From Octopus sinensis (Eukaryota): DNA of 64,000 bases. The notes beneath the pieces are model-generated. The model made no database searches. It was not told the DNA's origin and saw only the letters and a program-made list of their open reading frames with translations. Of the stretch, positions 1-15,394 are shown piece after piece. A program made the position numbers and the translations under genes. The first letter of the stretch is position 1. The number at the start of each line of letters is the position of its first letter. Location of the stretch: positions 10,850,001 to 10,914,000 of the forward strand of contig NC_042998.1 in NCBI RefSeq assembly GCF_006345805.1. The letters are read 5' to 3'.

Positions 1-276
1 TTCATAAGACAAATGCCTGAGACCAAGAACCATGCGGGTAGCCAGCTTCTGGACTCTTTCGAGATGCTGTATGTCTTTGAGGAGATAAGGAGAAGAGGCT
101 TGAATCCCGTACTCCAATATGGGTCTCACCAGCGTGACATATAGCGGTAGGAATATGGCTGCTGTGAGCATTCCGAATGACCGTCGAATCAAGAACAGAA
201 CTCCGCGTGCTTTGTTGGCAGCTTGGACGCACTGGGCCGAAGGCGAAAAGGAAGAATCCACCAAGATACCCAGGTC

Positions 277-279
<3 letters not shown>
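1..279 (-). mobile_element. CR1/L2-type LINE reverse transcriptase C-terminal fragment
   Basis: Manual minus-strand translation KDLGILVDSSFSPSAQCVQAANKARGVLFLIRRSF...LVRPILEYGIQASSPYLLKDIQHLERVQKLATRMV matches the CR1/L2 post-RT region; abuts (TA)n at 281; runs off the window edge. Confidence 0.85.
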
Positions 280-280
<1 letters not shown>

Positions 281-369
<89 letters not shown>

Positions 370-405
370 ATATATGTATATATATATTGTGTGTGTGTGT
401 GTGTA
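281..405. repeat. (TA)n/(TG)n microsatellite
   Basis: Direct read. Confidence 0.95.
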
Positions 406-633
406 TGAATATTTTTTCATTTATTTATCTAGCAGAAGTATGGTTGCGTGCACTGTAAAAAAAAATGTATGTGGTTTTAGATGATATGTACATCATGATT
501 TAATAAATTTTATTTACATTTATATTAGTTATGTATTCCTGTTCTTGCTATATTTTGCATCTATTGAGCCGCCTTTAGGATATTTTACATAAAAACACAC
601 TCCTGTGTATTTTACGAATACTTACACAGGTGT

Positions 634-745
634 ACACACACACACACACACAAACGCATACACACACACACACACGCATACACTCACACAGGCACACACA
701 CACACACGCGCGCACACACACACTCATATATGTATGTATGTATAT
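634..745. repeat. (CA)n compound microsatellite
   Basis: Direct read. Confidence 0.9.
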
Positions 746-1029
746 TTGTAGTTGTTTGTGAGAATGTGTGTCATTTTATTGTGTGATTCTTGTGTTGTGT
801 GTTTGTGCGTGTGTCTGCGAGTACACGAATAATTATAGTGTTTGCAGCAGTATCAATTCTAGTAACCAAATCCAATTTCTTTAAATAGAAATGCGTTTGT
901 GCAGCGAAGGATATTTTAGTGAAAGTCATAATTATATAGATTGTATCCACAATCTGGTAAGTTAATTATCCTTTAAAGGCATCAAATTGTAGTATATATA
1001 TATATATAATATATATATATATATAATAT

Positions 1030-1076
<47 letters not shown>

Positions 1077-2164
1077 ATGTATATATCGATGATTGTGGGG
1101 ATCCTCTAAAACCTGTAATCTTGTGTTGTGCAAAGCGATTTATTAATCGTTAACCCTAGAAAGTCCTTTTTTTCTTGCGCTAACAAAATTCCTGAACGTA
1201 CATAAGAAATGCTGACATCAATGGTGGTGAGAAATTGGCGAAAGACAAAGAGAGTACGAGAGAGATGATAGGAGAAGAGTTGAAACATTTTTGAAAATTA
1301 TTTTCAACGTATATTTCTGTATTGCATGAATGTTTAAATAAAATACAATCTATTGCTTGGTAATATATATTAACATAAATATATTAGTGACCGATTCGGT
1401 AAATTTACTCCATTTTGGCAGGTATCTGCATTCCATGATTGGTGTATAGTAGTGTTCTCATTGTTTCGTCTTCCAATTCAGCATGAAAGATTGAGACTTA
1501 AAATTTAGTATTGAAATGCATCGAAATGAGAAACAAAAGAAAAAAGCAATTCAGGAGCTGTTACGAAGTGTATTGCAGTAACAGAATTACACATACTATA
1601 TCTGAGAAGCGCTCAGCATTCAGAGTAGAAACGAAAGTAGATGGATTAGATCGCAGTCAGAAAGCCTGTATTTTAAGGATTTGTTCAAACTGTTCAAACT
1701 GTATTGCTGCAAATTGGGGGTAAAATGTGAATAGAGTTGATAAAAAAGAAAACATTTCAAATATTACTTATCAAAAGTTTTGAGAAATAATAATTATGAA
1801 TAGAAACGATTTTCATAACTAAATAATTAGAATCTGTCTCCTTCTGTCCATTCATTCATCTCTCTCTTTCTTTCTCTCTCGCAATCCCCCCTCTCTCTAT
1901 TATGGCCAGATGTCACCCGACAGTAAATCAAAATTCCATAAATACTATCTGTAATCCTGTATTGACTCGAATAGAAAAATGTGTCACTCAAGAAGGCCTT
2001 CAGTTTGAGCCATTTTCATGATGTTTCGTATTTAGATGATTTTATTAAATTCACTCTATTTTTCTGCTGTTTTAACGGTGATACTACGTTCGAAATATCT
2101 CTTTCTTGACTGTATCGTACAATATATATCCGACGCTTCTCAAACAAATGTAAGATTGTTTATA

Positions 2165-2690
2165 TATCGTAAATCCTCGAGTATAGTCCGCCCTTGACTA
2201 TAATACACAGGGGAGTTTTAGGGGGCTGTACCTCTGAAAAACCTAAACCTTGTGTATAATACGCACCCCTTCTCTAACTTGAGTCGTGCGTAATTAAGCC
2301 AGCAGCACCTAGTCGAACAAACACTTCCGTGCATGCGTAATACAAGAATGGTGATGTTCTTAACTGTCATATGGGAATGTAAATATGTTTGAAAATTGTT
2401 TTTATTACATGTTATTCTGTGTTCTGAATACTTTAATTTTAATAAATGTTGGTTCTTGTAAGTTATGGATGATTCTTTTATGACTTCATTGCTTTCAGGC
2501 TTAGCCTAAGGTATTTTCGCGCCCGACATCACAAAATGCGTCTGTATAAACATTTCCGGACAGCAAATAGAGACTCGGACATTGCTTAGAAAATATTTTT
2601 CATTTTTAACCTCGTATATAGTACGCACTAGGGATTTTGACCTTTAAATTTTGAGGAAAAAATGTGGATTGTACTCGAGAATTTTCGGTA
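2165..2690. mobile_element. MITE, probably Tc1/mariner-pogo type
   Basis: Degenerate 27-bp TIRs TATCGTAAATCCTCGAGTATAGTCCGC vs revcomp TACCGAAAATTCTCGAGTACAATCCAC, TA at both ends, no ORF. Confidence 0.65.
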
Positions 2691-2929
2691 TTTATTTTCT
2701 TAGCAATGAAAAATTCAGGTGTGTTCTTGGCTGTATATGTTTTTAAATGTATTGTGTATGCTTTGTACCTCACGATGTGGTCCCGTGTTTCTCTCTTCTG
2801 GCAGATATTTATATTTAAATAAACGTCTGACTTCCAAAGAGGATAAATTGTTGAAGAGCATATATCTGGAGATTTAGTCTCAAAAACAATTGAGGTGTTT
2901 AATATTTTGAGAGGTACACATTCTAAATC

Positions 2930-3695
2930 CATGCCTACAAATCATCGAACTCCAGCAGAAAAATGACATCAGAACCAAACCACCATCTTGGATCCCTGTG
3001 TCTGCTAAATCCGTTCGTTGTGAGTTCCATAAAGCTGGATATAAAGAAAGGTATGCCATTGTTAAAACTTTTCTGTCTCCTATCAACAATGATAAGCGAA
3101 AATAATGGTGTCTAGACTATCAAAAGTGGCTAATAACTAAACAGAATAAATTCGTTTTGTTTGATGAATCATCGTTCACCATTTTCCCTACTTGGGCGTG
3201 ATTATGTCTGGTGACATTACACAGATGCCTTCAACTCTGACTGTTTAGAAGTATGGACGTGGCTCTGTAAAGATTTCGGTGCCAAATAATGGAATTCTGT
3301 AGTAGGCCCATTAGTTGTTCTACAGGTCAGAATTAACGGGGAAGATTATCTGAATATTTTGACTGTTCCTGTCCATCCAATGTTACATTGTTCCCTGATA
3401 GTAAGGCAATTTTCCTGGACGACAATGCACGGAGTCAAACGGATAATGTTATTCAAAATTGGGACGAACAACACAGAAGTAAAGTAGAACACCTGGACTA
3501 GACCCGCAATCATCAGAATTGAATATAATCAGAAATTTTTTGAGCAACAAGTGAGAAGCCGCTTTCCCCCCCACCAAGCAGATCCTACTTTAAGAATGGC
3601 TTAAAATTTATCCTGACAGCTGTTCAAAACTTGAACGAGTCAATTTCTGGATGTATTAAAGCTGTGATTAATGCCAAAGGTAATACAAAGTCGTC
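2930..3695 (+). pseudogene. Tc1-like DDE transposase relic
   Basis: Broken frames PVSAKSVRCEFHKAGY...VLFDESSFTIFPT, RINGEDYLNIL, IFLDDNARSQT, CIKAVINAKG; stops and frameshifts. Confidence 0.8.
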
Positions 3696-3924
3696 ACACT
3701 GCCTAGGCTAATAATCATGTACATGAACGACCTTTTAATGATTGTGTAACACCTGAGTCGAAGAGGGATTTACAAGTGCTTTTTTTATATGAATATTATG
3801 CTCTTTCCTTTTATTCATAAACATGTACATATCATAACTCAATGTGTCAATCGCTTTTTATGGAGATATCTCTTTGAACTCGGTAGGTATTAGTGTTCCT
3901 CTTATCTTTTGAATTTGTGCGACT

Positions 3925-3991
3925 CACTGCACACACACACATATATATAATGCATTTATATATATTGCATATATATATGTATATATATATG

Positions 3992-4064
<73 letters not shown>

Positions 4065-4252
4065 TATATATCTATATATATGTATGTTATATATATATAT
4101 ATATGTATGTATATATATATATTATATATATATATATATGTATGTATATATATAATATATATATATATATATATGTATGTATATATATATGTATGTATAT
4201 TATATATATATATAATATGTATGTATATATATATATGTATGTATATATATAT

Positions 4253-4283
<31 letters not shown>

Positions 4284-4286
4284 ATA

Positions 4287-4353
<67 letters not shown>

Positions 4354-4425
4354 TGTATATATATATATATATTATATATATATATTATATATATATATAT
4401 AGAGAGAGAGAGAGGGGGAGAGAGG
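3925..4425. repeat. (TA)n/(TATG)n/(AG)n microsatellite
   Basis: Direct read. Confidence 0.95.
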
Positions 4426-4555
4426 GTGGCTGGAGATGGTATTCAGTTTTCTAGGTCAGAGTGAAAAAGCGTCCATTTTTTAAGTAGTGTAGAGATAAGA
4501 AACAGTAAGTCTGTGAACTGGTGGTTGTAGTGAATATTTAGGAGATGGTTCAGAG

Positions 4556-4857
4556 CAGTGCTTCTCAAACTACCTGATCTGGCGTATTGGCAGTTTTTGT
4601 TTCCAATGTACCAGGGACCGGTAATATTACTTAGTAATATTAATTTATACCGGAAACAATATATATAATGAATATAATAAAAGTTGACAATTTTTCATCT
4701 CATATTTATTTTGTAAACAAATAAGACAACATTACATAATCATTTTATAAGCATTTTATAACGTTTCTTTCTTTTCAGGAAACTCGCCGCATACCGGCAG
4801 CTGATGATGTCTCGTGGACCGGCACCAGTCCGCGGATTATCACTTTGAGTAGCACTG
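4556..4857. mobile_element. hAT (Charlie-like) MITE
   Basis: TIRs CAGTGCTTCTCAAA / revcomp CAGTGCTACTCAAA; 8-bp flanks GTTCAGAG and GTTTAGAA (6/8 match) fit a hAT TSD. Confidence 0.8.
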
Positions 4858-6239
4858 GTTTAGAATATTTATGACCAGTGTTTTTTAATGTTATTCTCTC
4901 TTCTTAATTTTGCAAAATGTAATCAAGTGACCAAGAATAAAGTATTTTGCGATTCTGCTACTGGAATCTTAGCCTTTAAAAAGCAGTTTTAACAAAATTA
5001 TAAATGATCGCCAAAAGAATGATCGTCAAGATTTATAAATTTTTCTCTTCTGTCTATTGATGGGGTGCTCTTGAAATACCATTAGTCTGCGTATTATAGA
5101 CGAGACACATATAAACTTTGTGAAACCATCGTTTGAGAAAGACTTATAATCTTGAAAGTCAGGTCATTGCGCTATTTAATTATCTTTTGTCAACGTTTGT
5201 AAAGTTGAAGCAGCGGACTAGATAAGGGATTCTTCTTCTGGTTCACAGGTAGCAACCGAAATATTCTTGCCAAATTATGTCTCTCGGCGCAATCCAGGAC
5301 GGATTTGGTACCCTTAGATATTACCTTTGCAAATATTTCGGTTAAAGATTGTTTGGTTAGTATAAACTTTTGAATAAATTTATTTTCCTCTAACTTTGCT
5401 TTCATTAGCTTTTTATTACCTTTCTATTTCTGAAGAATACATAAAATCAGCTTCACTGTGGTGCTTCTACAACCGAATAGATTTCGTTATATACTGGATC
5501 TTCAAATTATTACATTTGTCATCGTATTAAAAGTGTTCTAAATATGATACATATTATGTATTGACCGTATGTTCGTGTGTTGTATTTTTCGGTTTAGCTG
5601 TGAATATAGATTTGAATATAAAGCCGGTAACTGCTCAATTTTATTGTCGACATGTGACATTGTCACAATAGCAATTCATGTTTATTTATATGGAAAACCA
5701 AGTCCTTCATAATAATCCTTTTAGCTTGAGTGCCATACTGCGTTTGATTGGAGAAAATTTCTCGTATGAAAGCCACTTAGCTGGACGACTTTCACTGGTG
5801 ATAGAAATGCTGTTGTTAAAGTATTATTAGAACGACTACAAAGTGAAAATTTATTGGGTTAAAGAAGCACCCCTTTAATTTTAGTTGATACATGATTCAA
5901 CAATGAATTGTGCCGAAAATATTTGGATAGTGATTACTATGCAAAACCAACAGACGAAAAAAGCTGCTGTAAGACGGAAAATAATTGAAGAAACAAATTT
6001 GTATTTGAAGCTCAATTCAGAAATGTTTGTGCTTATAATTTAAAACGTCATTTAAAATACATGATACAAAAAGTGGGAGTAATAGAAACTTTACTATAAT
6101 GTTGCAATAAACTTCAATGTTTATCGATTGTCTCTTTTCTTTTTTAATGATTCTACTTGAACGATTAATATTTTATGTTAGGATAGGAACTAAAAATTAC
6201 CGTACACTAAATTATACTATATTTGTAGACACACACGAT

Positions 6240-6298
6240 GTATGTGTGTGAGCATCTTTTTGTGTGCATGTGTCATCTGGATATGTGTACGCATGTGT

Positions 6299-6340
<42 letters not shown>

Positions 6341-6432
6341 TGTGTGTGTGTGCATATGTCTGCGTGTGTGTGTATGCAAGTATTTACGTGTGTATATATG
6401 GATAGCGGCAAGTATTTACGTATGTATATGTG
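6240..6432. repeat. (TG)n compound microsatellite
   Basis: Direct read. Confidence 0.9.
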
Positions 6433-6668
6433 AAAACTGAGGAGCTGGTTAGTTGGCTATTTAGCCAGATATATGGATAGGCTGATCGGTGGGTGGAATA
6501 AATGTTAAAAAATAGATATCAAATGACCAAAATAATAAATATGTCGATAAATAGTGAAATAAATGAGCCAAGTAGCCACACTCATTTGCTCTAAAATACA
6601 GAAATAAATAGAAATTAATAAGGAGAGGCAGCAAGATAAAGAGAACCAAGAGACTGTTAAATGGCCTA

Positions 6669-6737
6669 GTTCACTGAATGGGGTTCACTGAATGGGGTTC
6701 ACTGAATGGGGTTCACTGAATGGGGTTCACTGAATGG
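6669..6737. repeat. 14-bp minisatellite (TTCACTGAATGGGG) x~5
   Basis: Identical tandem copies with no spacers. Confidence 0.95.
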
Positions 6738-6901
6738 ACAGACGATAAGTCATACAGAGCATGTGGACAAGAATCCAACAAGAATTTCAGGTGATATTTT
6801 GAAAAAAAATATGTAGCGAAATATGACATAGATTAGATAGTAAACTGTCTTATTACCGCTTTGTCTCACCAGCTTCTTACTGCGCGCACACACACCTATA
6901 C

Positions 6902-7979
<1,078 letters not shown>

Positions 7980-7980
7980 T

Positions 7981-8029
7981 TATCCATCCATCCATCCATC
8001 CATCCATCCATCCATCCATCCATCCATCC

Positions 8030-8094
<65 letters not shown>
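7981..8094. repeat. (TCCA)n/(TCTA)n microsatellite
   Basis: Direct read; 3' flank of Tx1-like LINE. Confidence 0.95.
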
Positions 8095-8509
8095 CAGAGA
8101 GAGAAAGGAAGAGAGAGAAAGAAATAGAGGTATGCACTTACATACATTACATATATAGACAGGTATTCAAGTATCCACAATGTAAATCTGGATTCAATTA
8201 TACTGGAACGTTTTGATATTCAAATACTCCCAAATAGTTAATCGTGTTCTGAAAAGAATGAAAAAAATTGTGTTGCCCATAAAAGCTACTAGCACGTAAC
8301 CAATAGCCTATAAGTTGTTATAACCGTATTGGAACGAACTGCAAGACATTGTTGAGCAGTTCGATTCTCCCTATTTATTGGGCATGACAAGACAGAAACC
8401 TTTGATTATATGAAAGGACAGAATTAATAATATGTGACCATCACTAATAAATGAGGAAAATCTTGACCATGTGTTTACGAAGTTTACTTTCAAGTTACAC
8501 ATACATACC

Positions 8510-8742
8510 TATTTCTTTATTACCCACAAGGGGCTAAACACAGAGCGGACAAACAAGGACAGACATAGGTATTAAGTCGATTACATCGACCCCAGTGCGT
8601 AACTGGTACTTAATTTATCGACCCCCGAAAGGATGAAAGGCAAAGTCGACCTCGGCGGAATTTGAACTCGGAACGTAAAGACAGACGAAATACGGCTACG
8701 CATTTCGCCCGGCGTGCTAACGTTTCTGCCAGCTCGCCGCCT
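8510..8742 (-). mobile_element. tRNA-derived SINE family A (~230 bp)
   Basis: Head GGCGGCGAGCTGGCAGAAACGTTAG, B-box GAGTTCAAAT, core GCCTTTCATCCTTTCGGGGTCGATAAATTAAGTACCAG, tail CTTGTGGGTAATAAAGAAAT; at least 7 copies in window. Confidence 0.9.
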
Positions 8743-8866
8743 TTGCATACCTGCACGCATATACGCATACGCACATGCTCACACATGCGCGCGCGCACAC
8801 ATAGTTTAGAAAATATCAAGTCAACATCCATATGATATCCGTGCAAACAGTAGTTAAGAAAATCAG

Positions 8867-9183
8867 TGAGGGCGCGTGGCTTAGTGGTTAGGGCATTCGG
8901 CTCATGATCGTAAGGTTGTGAGTTCGATTCCCGGCGACGCGTTGTGTCCTTGAGCAAGACACTTTATTTCACGTTGCTCCAGTCACTCAGCTGGCAAAAA
9001 TGAGTTGTACTTGTATTTAAAGGTCATCCTTGCACTCCTGTGTCACGCTGATTATCCCCGAGAACTACGTTAGGGTACACGTGTCTGTGGAATGCTCAGC
9101 CATTTGCACGTTAATTTCACGAGCAAGCTGTTCCGTGATCGTATCAGCTGGGACCCCGTCGTCGTAACCGGCGGAGTCTTTAG
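8867..9183 (+). mobile_element. tRNA-derived SINE family B
   Basis: A-box TGGCTTAGTGG, B-box GAGTTCGATTC; 15-bp TSD AGTTAAGAAAATCAG at 8852-8866 and 9184-9198. Confidence 0.9.
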
Positions 9184-9335
9184 AGTTAAGAAAATCAGAG
9201 AAAATATTCCGTTAACATAAATAACATTCGAGACAAACAGTAAGTGAAAGGAAATCTATGGATCATTAAATTGGTAGATTCACCTCAAATTATTCAAGTT
9301 AACAATCAAAGGAATTAAAATGACAGTATTACAAT

Positions 9336-9646
9336 AGGTATTAAGTCGATTACATCGACCCCAGTGCGTAACTGGTACTTAATTTATCGACCCCGAAAGG
9401 ATGAAAAGCAAAGTCGACCGCGAAATACCGCTAAGCATTTCGCCCGGCGTGCGAAATGCTTAGCGGTATTTCGTCTGCCGTTACGTTGTGAGTTCAAATT
9501 CCGCCGCGGTCGACTTTGCCTTTCATCCTTTCGGGGTCGATAAATTAAGTACCAGTTACGCACTGGGTCGATGTAATCGACTTAATACCTATGTCTGTCC
9601 TTGTTTGCCCATCTATGTTTAGTCCCTTGTGGGTAATAAAGAAATA
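9336..9646 (+). mobile_element. SINE family A with fold-back 5' inversion
   Basis: 9334-9443 is the reverse complement of parts of 9451-9592; 11-bp TSD AGTATTACAAT at 9325-9335 and 9647-9657. Confidence 0.9.
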
Positions 9647-10363
9647 AGTATTACAATCTTTAATAAGTGACGATCATTTCAATAACCAGTAGAAGTTTTT
9701 ATATTAATCAAAATGATGGGATATACATTATATATTGTATATATATACTAAAGATGGCTAGGTAAGTCGATGAGAATAGAAGCGAAAAGGTTCAAAGAAG
9801 CAGCAGCCTAGTAATATATATTCTTAGAATAGTGCCATGACTAGGATGATAACAAGTATGAAAATGCTAAAATAACGAGAGTACAAAGAGCTCAAATAAA
9901 AGTACAGTATATAGTTTATGAGCTCAATATGAGTATGGGCAGAAAGGCTCAGATGTTTTCGATTAAACTGAACTGATTATTAGTTACAAGAGAAAATTCT
10001 TAAAACAGGAAATTTAGAGATAGAGAAGACATTATATAGATTCGCTAGTAATATAGCCGCAGTTCAAGTGAGGTATAAGGACACTCTCTTTAACATTATC
10101 ATATTCAATTATGTCATATAATTGAAATTTTAAAGAATCTTTTTATTAAACTGGTGGAGAAACCGGGTCAGTAATTCGTTACATCGGCTGTTTAGTGTAA
10201 ACTTTCATTTACATATCTCCAGTGCCTCCATAACACACAAGTTGCAGCTACTCCCTCTTTATACTGATGTGCAGTTTGTATTATTAACCACGATATGGAG
10301 TAACTACTATTCCTCGTTTTGAGACCCTAAATTAGTTTAGCGAAGAAGGGTTTAAGTGCTTCT

Positions 10364-10746
10364 GTGGAGGCGCAATGGCCCAGTGGTTAGGGCAGCGGAC
10401 TCGCGGTCATAGGATCGCGGTTTCGATTCCCTGTCTGGACGTTGTGAGTGTTTATTGAGCGAAAACACCCAAAGCTCCACGAGTCTCCGGCAGGGGATGG
10501 TGGTGATCCCTGCTGTACTCTTTCACCACAACTTTCTCTCACTCTTACTTCCTGTTTCTGTTGTACCTGTATTTCAAAGGGCCGGCCTTGCCACTCTCTG
10601 TGTCACGCTGAATATCCCCGAGAACTACGTTAAGGGTACACGTGTCTGTGGAGTGCTCAGCCACTTACACGTTAATTTCACGAGCAGGCTGTTCCGTTGA
10701 TTCGGATCAACCGGAATTCTCGTCGTCGTAACCGACGGAGTGCTTC
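10364..10746 (+). mobile_element. tRNA-derived SINE family C
   Basis: A-box TGGCCCAGTGG, B-box GTTTCGATTCC; near-identical copy at 23679-24064. Confidence 0.9.
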
Positions 10747-11159
10747 CATCGTATATGATTATGTATAAAAATATAAATTTGGATGCAGTAGTACACAATA
10801 TACTAATATACTTTATTTGGCATCATATCTGAAAATTTATGTACTAAATTATCTTTTAAAACATTGATTGTTTAAAGTGCACTTAATATGATCTCGAAGG
10901 TAAAACATGTTATTAGAGATTATGAACTGAAGTGATATAATATACCGAATCAGTATTACGGCTCCTAGTGTAGGAGTGGGTACATCTATCGTAATATTTA
11001 TAACAGGCTCAAATTTAGTTTTCGCAAAGGAAGTAGAACTGTAATTGTTATTTAAGTAATTAAAGGCAGGCTCCATGTTACTAATACTGTTTAATTTCTC
11101 ATTCTTAATTTCTGCTATGTTACCTGATATATTTGATGTGGTGAAACACATAATTTTCA

Positions 11160-11960
11160 TGGTTTTGAAGAGTTCATATCTGCTTGAGAGTCAACACGTT
11201 TTTCCAGTGCTTTAAAGAAAATTCTGGAGGTTATTCGAGGTTATATTAAATCCAAAATAGAGGCGGCTGAACCATGTAATATTTTTCTAACATAATCTAT
11301 TTTTATACATTTCATTGTTAATCAATGGTGCATGATTAATACTAAATTTACACGTTCTCCTGCGGTCATAGGAGGTGTGATAATTATCATCTCAGTTTAG
11401 CTTGTCGACTTTATATATAATACTTACACTTCTGGTAGATTAAGACCTACTACCTATTTCATCCAGTTTTGGATTATGGTATTCAAGAAAGTTCCAGAGT
11501 TTTTTTAGTCGTTTGCACCATTTAGTGGAGCGTAATTCCTTCTATCGTCTATAGAGATTTGTGCAAAAGTGTTGTTTTCGAGTATCTTTGTTAGCAATTA
11601 GTCCAGATTAGAACACGTGTTTAATAGAATTCTTATTCTTGTTACTTCTTTTATGAAACAAAATCACCTAAACCAGTTCTATTACGACGTCTTTGCAATA
11701 AAATTATGCTTTTATAAATCGCTTTTTTCCTGCATGAATTGAATAATTTCCGTATCTGGTCGTTACTAAAGTATAGTAGTTCTCATTTGGGCGAAAATCA
11801 CCTCATTAGCCGAAAGCCTGGATATTCTAGTTGAAATTCTTTTAAGTATAGGCTCAATAACTGCTTTACAGTTATTGGAATTTTTTACCGTATTGAAGTT
11901 TCTCATTCTGTTTATGGTACGGACAATACAGGCTCGTATTAAGATCCAATGTTACATTTA
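11160..11960 (-). pseudogene. Possible very degraded mariner transposase relic
   Basis: Only weak terminal motifs (NNLQNFL, WK.RVDSQAD) in broken frames. Confidence 0.3.
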
Positions 11961-12104
11961 GAAAAGTAGTTACCTTATAGTTATTTCCTAATGTCAGAGA
12001 TAGTATGAAGTTTTTGAAATTTGTACGATATTGTTTTATTTCTCTCGAGTTTTACATTACACAAATTACAGAAATAAAATGAGCGTTGTTCCTGTACAGA
12101 CTCC

Positions 12105-12322
12105 TTTCATACATGCATACATTCATACATACACAAAACATACAAACGTACTAAAATACATACATGCGTACATACAAACATGCATACATATATACATACA
12201 TAATTACATACATAGACATATTCATTCATACATATATATATATGTGAGTGTATATAGGTACGCATATATGTTTGTGTATATGCATATGCATGTTAGTATA
12301 TGCATACATACATCTTTCTCTC

Positions 12323-12406
<84 letters not shown>

Positions 12407-12460
12407 CATACACAAACATGTATATGTTTATTTTTGTGCATGTGGGTATGTGTAGGTGTC
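12105..12460. repeat. (ATAC)n/(CA)n compound microsatellite
   Basis: Direct read. Confidence 0.9.
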
Positions 12461-13096
12461 TGCAAAGCTGGGTGCTACAACTTATCAAGAGCAGAATTGG
12501 GTCACACGCACTAAAGAGCAAAATGGAATATACAATAGAGTGACTGGTAGAATGATATTTTGATAGAATGTGCAGAGGCGTAGATACAGAAAAGCAAGTG
12601 TGTTTATACGTGTGCTTATGCTATATACGTTTATATATGCGCATGTGCATATGTTCATATCTGTACATATGCACAATCGTGAATTAAACTGTGACAATGT
12701 TTGATTATTAATATAGAAGATAAAGAATCACAGGAAATTGTTGCACGACCCACTGACACAAATATAATGAATAGAATGATCGGAAAATTGCTATTATAAA
12801 TTATTATGTAAGAAGCTGAGTTGTGCATGATTACGAAAATATATTAGGCAAAATCATTAGTAATGAAAATATTAAAGTAATGAAAGTAGATGAGTAAATA
12901 TGATCAAATTAGGCATTAATGACTTGAGATAAATTAAGAGACAACGACTACATTTCATTTAGCTTTATCTTTACTTTACCTCTCAGGTTCAACATCCTAG
13001 ATTCGCTTAGTATTACATTTAATATTCCATTTGCGTTTTTATACAAGGATTCTTCGGAGCTTATTTCCTGCTGAAGACGTTACATTTATAATCTTA

Positions 13097-13617
<521 letters not shown>

Positions 13618-14857
13618 TCAGGTCATCCCATAAGTTCTGTCCAAATTTTGAATAAAGAAAACAAGTGATCAAATGTTATATTTAATTGAAATGTAATCAT
13701 CAATGTACTTACCCTAATTATCTATGATTTCCTTCTATATATTTACAAGCTTTTTAATTCCATCAGTGTAGAACGCTTTTGGTTTCAAAGAAAAGAACTC
13801 TGAAAACCTCCTCCTGGTTTACGAAAGTTATGTCCCCCAAATCATTCTGTAAACTACGAAACAAATGGTGGTCTGAAGGAGCAAGATCGAGAGAATAAGG
13901 TGGATGAAGAATTTTTTCCCAACCAAGCTCTTCGATCTTCTGTGATGTGATCTTTGCAGTGTGGGGTCGCGCATTATTCTGATGAAACATCACTCCTTTT
14001 CGATTCACTAAAGCGGATCTTTTTTTCTTCAAAGCTTGGTTCAAACACTCTAATTACTGTCAGTAGACTTGAGCATTGATTGTTGCATTAGGTGGTAACA
14101 ATTCAAAGTGAATTACTCCTTTGCAATCCCACCAGATAGAGAGAAGAACCGTTTTCCCATGAAGTTCCCTTCTCTGTTGTGATTGAGCATTTTCCCTTTT
14201 ACGAAGCCACTGTTTATGACGTTTAACATTTCGTCACCAGCCACGAGTCTATCCAAAAAGGGTGAAATCAGTTCGCAAAAATGGAGAGAAGAGTAGATGT
14301 CAACTCGGGATTTTCGGTTGCTTTCGGACAATTCATGAGACACCCATTTTCCAGGTTGTTGAAGAAGACGATGAACAGTTGTATGGTTTGAACTAAGCTT
14401 TATTGCCAATTCTTCAACTGATAATGCAGCATTTTCTTCAAGCAATGTCTCAAGGAGCTTATCATCAATCTCAACTGGCCGCCCTGTTCGATCTTCATCT
14501 TCAAGGCTGACATCGCCACTTCTGAATTTTGCAAACCATCTTCTGCATGTTCTTTCATTCAAGCATTCCTTCCCATAAACTGAGTACATGTTAGGAGTCG
14601 CTTTGGCTGCAGAGTATCCTTTTTTGTACTCATAAAGCATTATGTGCCTCAAATGCTCTTTGGATACTTCCATGTTAGAAAGGGTTTTAATCACAGAAAT
14701 TTTAATTCCATTATTCTGTAAAATAATGTTTAATTAGTTTAAATGTACACAAATGCATAAAAATAATTTTTAATTCCATTAGACATTCTAAAATACTATT
14801 AAATTTCATTCAATTCTAAAAAAAGAAAAATCGAACAGAACTTATGGGATGACCTGA
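13618..14857 (-). mobile_element. Complete-length mariner transposon (1240 bp) with disrupted transposase
   Basis: TIR TCAGGTCATCCCATAAGTTCTGT at both ends, TA TSD; ORF 14113-14694 (HTH, RRWFAKFRSGD, GKWVSHEL, LVAGDE) and ORF 13763-14044 (HQNNARPH, HPPYSLDLAPSDHHLF); frameshifted with internal deletions. Confidence 0.95.
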
Positions 14858-14879
14858 TAAATATACATATATATACCCA

Positions 14880-14919
<40 letters not shown>

Positions 14920-15394
14920 TTCTATTATATATACATATATATATGTATATATATATATTTATATATGTATATATGTATATATGTATATATGTAAATTTAT
15001 ATACTTATGAATGGAGTAACATAATAGCATTTATAACCTAGTGAGTAAACTGACAGCTCGCAGGTCTTTTAGGAGTAGGTGAGAATCTGCCTTGCTCATA
15101 CTGAAAATATCCCCATCAAACGTTAATAATATTAGGGACGAAACGGTTACATAATACTATACCCGGCAACATATAAGTTCTTATAAGGCACAAACGTATA
15201 AGTCTAGGAGACATTATACATTCATTCGTAGACTAATTATTTCATATGTTATACTGATCAATTGTCTCTAATCAGCAATTATGTCTAATCAGCAATTATT
15301 TTCTTTTTGTACATTATTGGATTCTTTTGAAATGAAAATCTGCTCATCACCAACAAATTATATCCTACTTTGTATCAGATATGTGTGTTAGTGA

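Noticed and set aside
5190-6070. 71-aa ORF (5190-5405, -) and an NLKRHLK BED-finger-like peptide (~6030-6060, +)
   Set aside because: Opposite strands, short, and no further recognisable transposase or host motifs
8867-8940. tRNA gene calls for SINE heads (also 10364, 23679, 63359)
   Set aside because: A and B boxes are present but there is no complete cloverleaf; they continue into SINE bodies and several have TSDs
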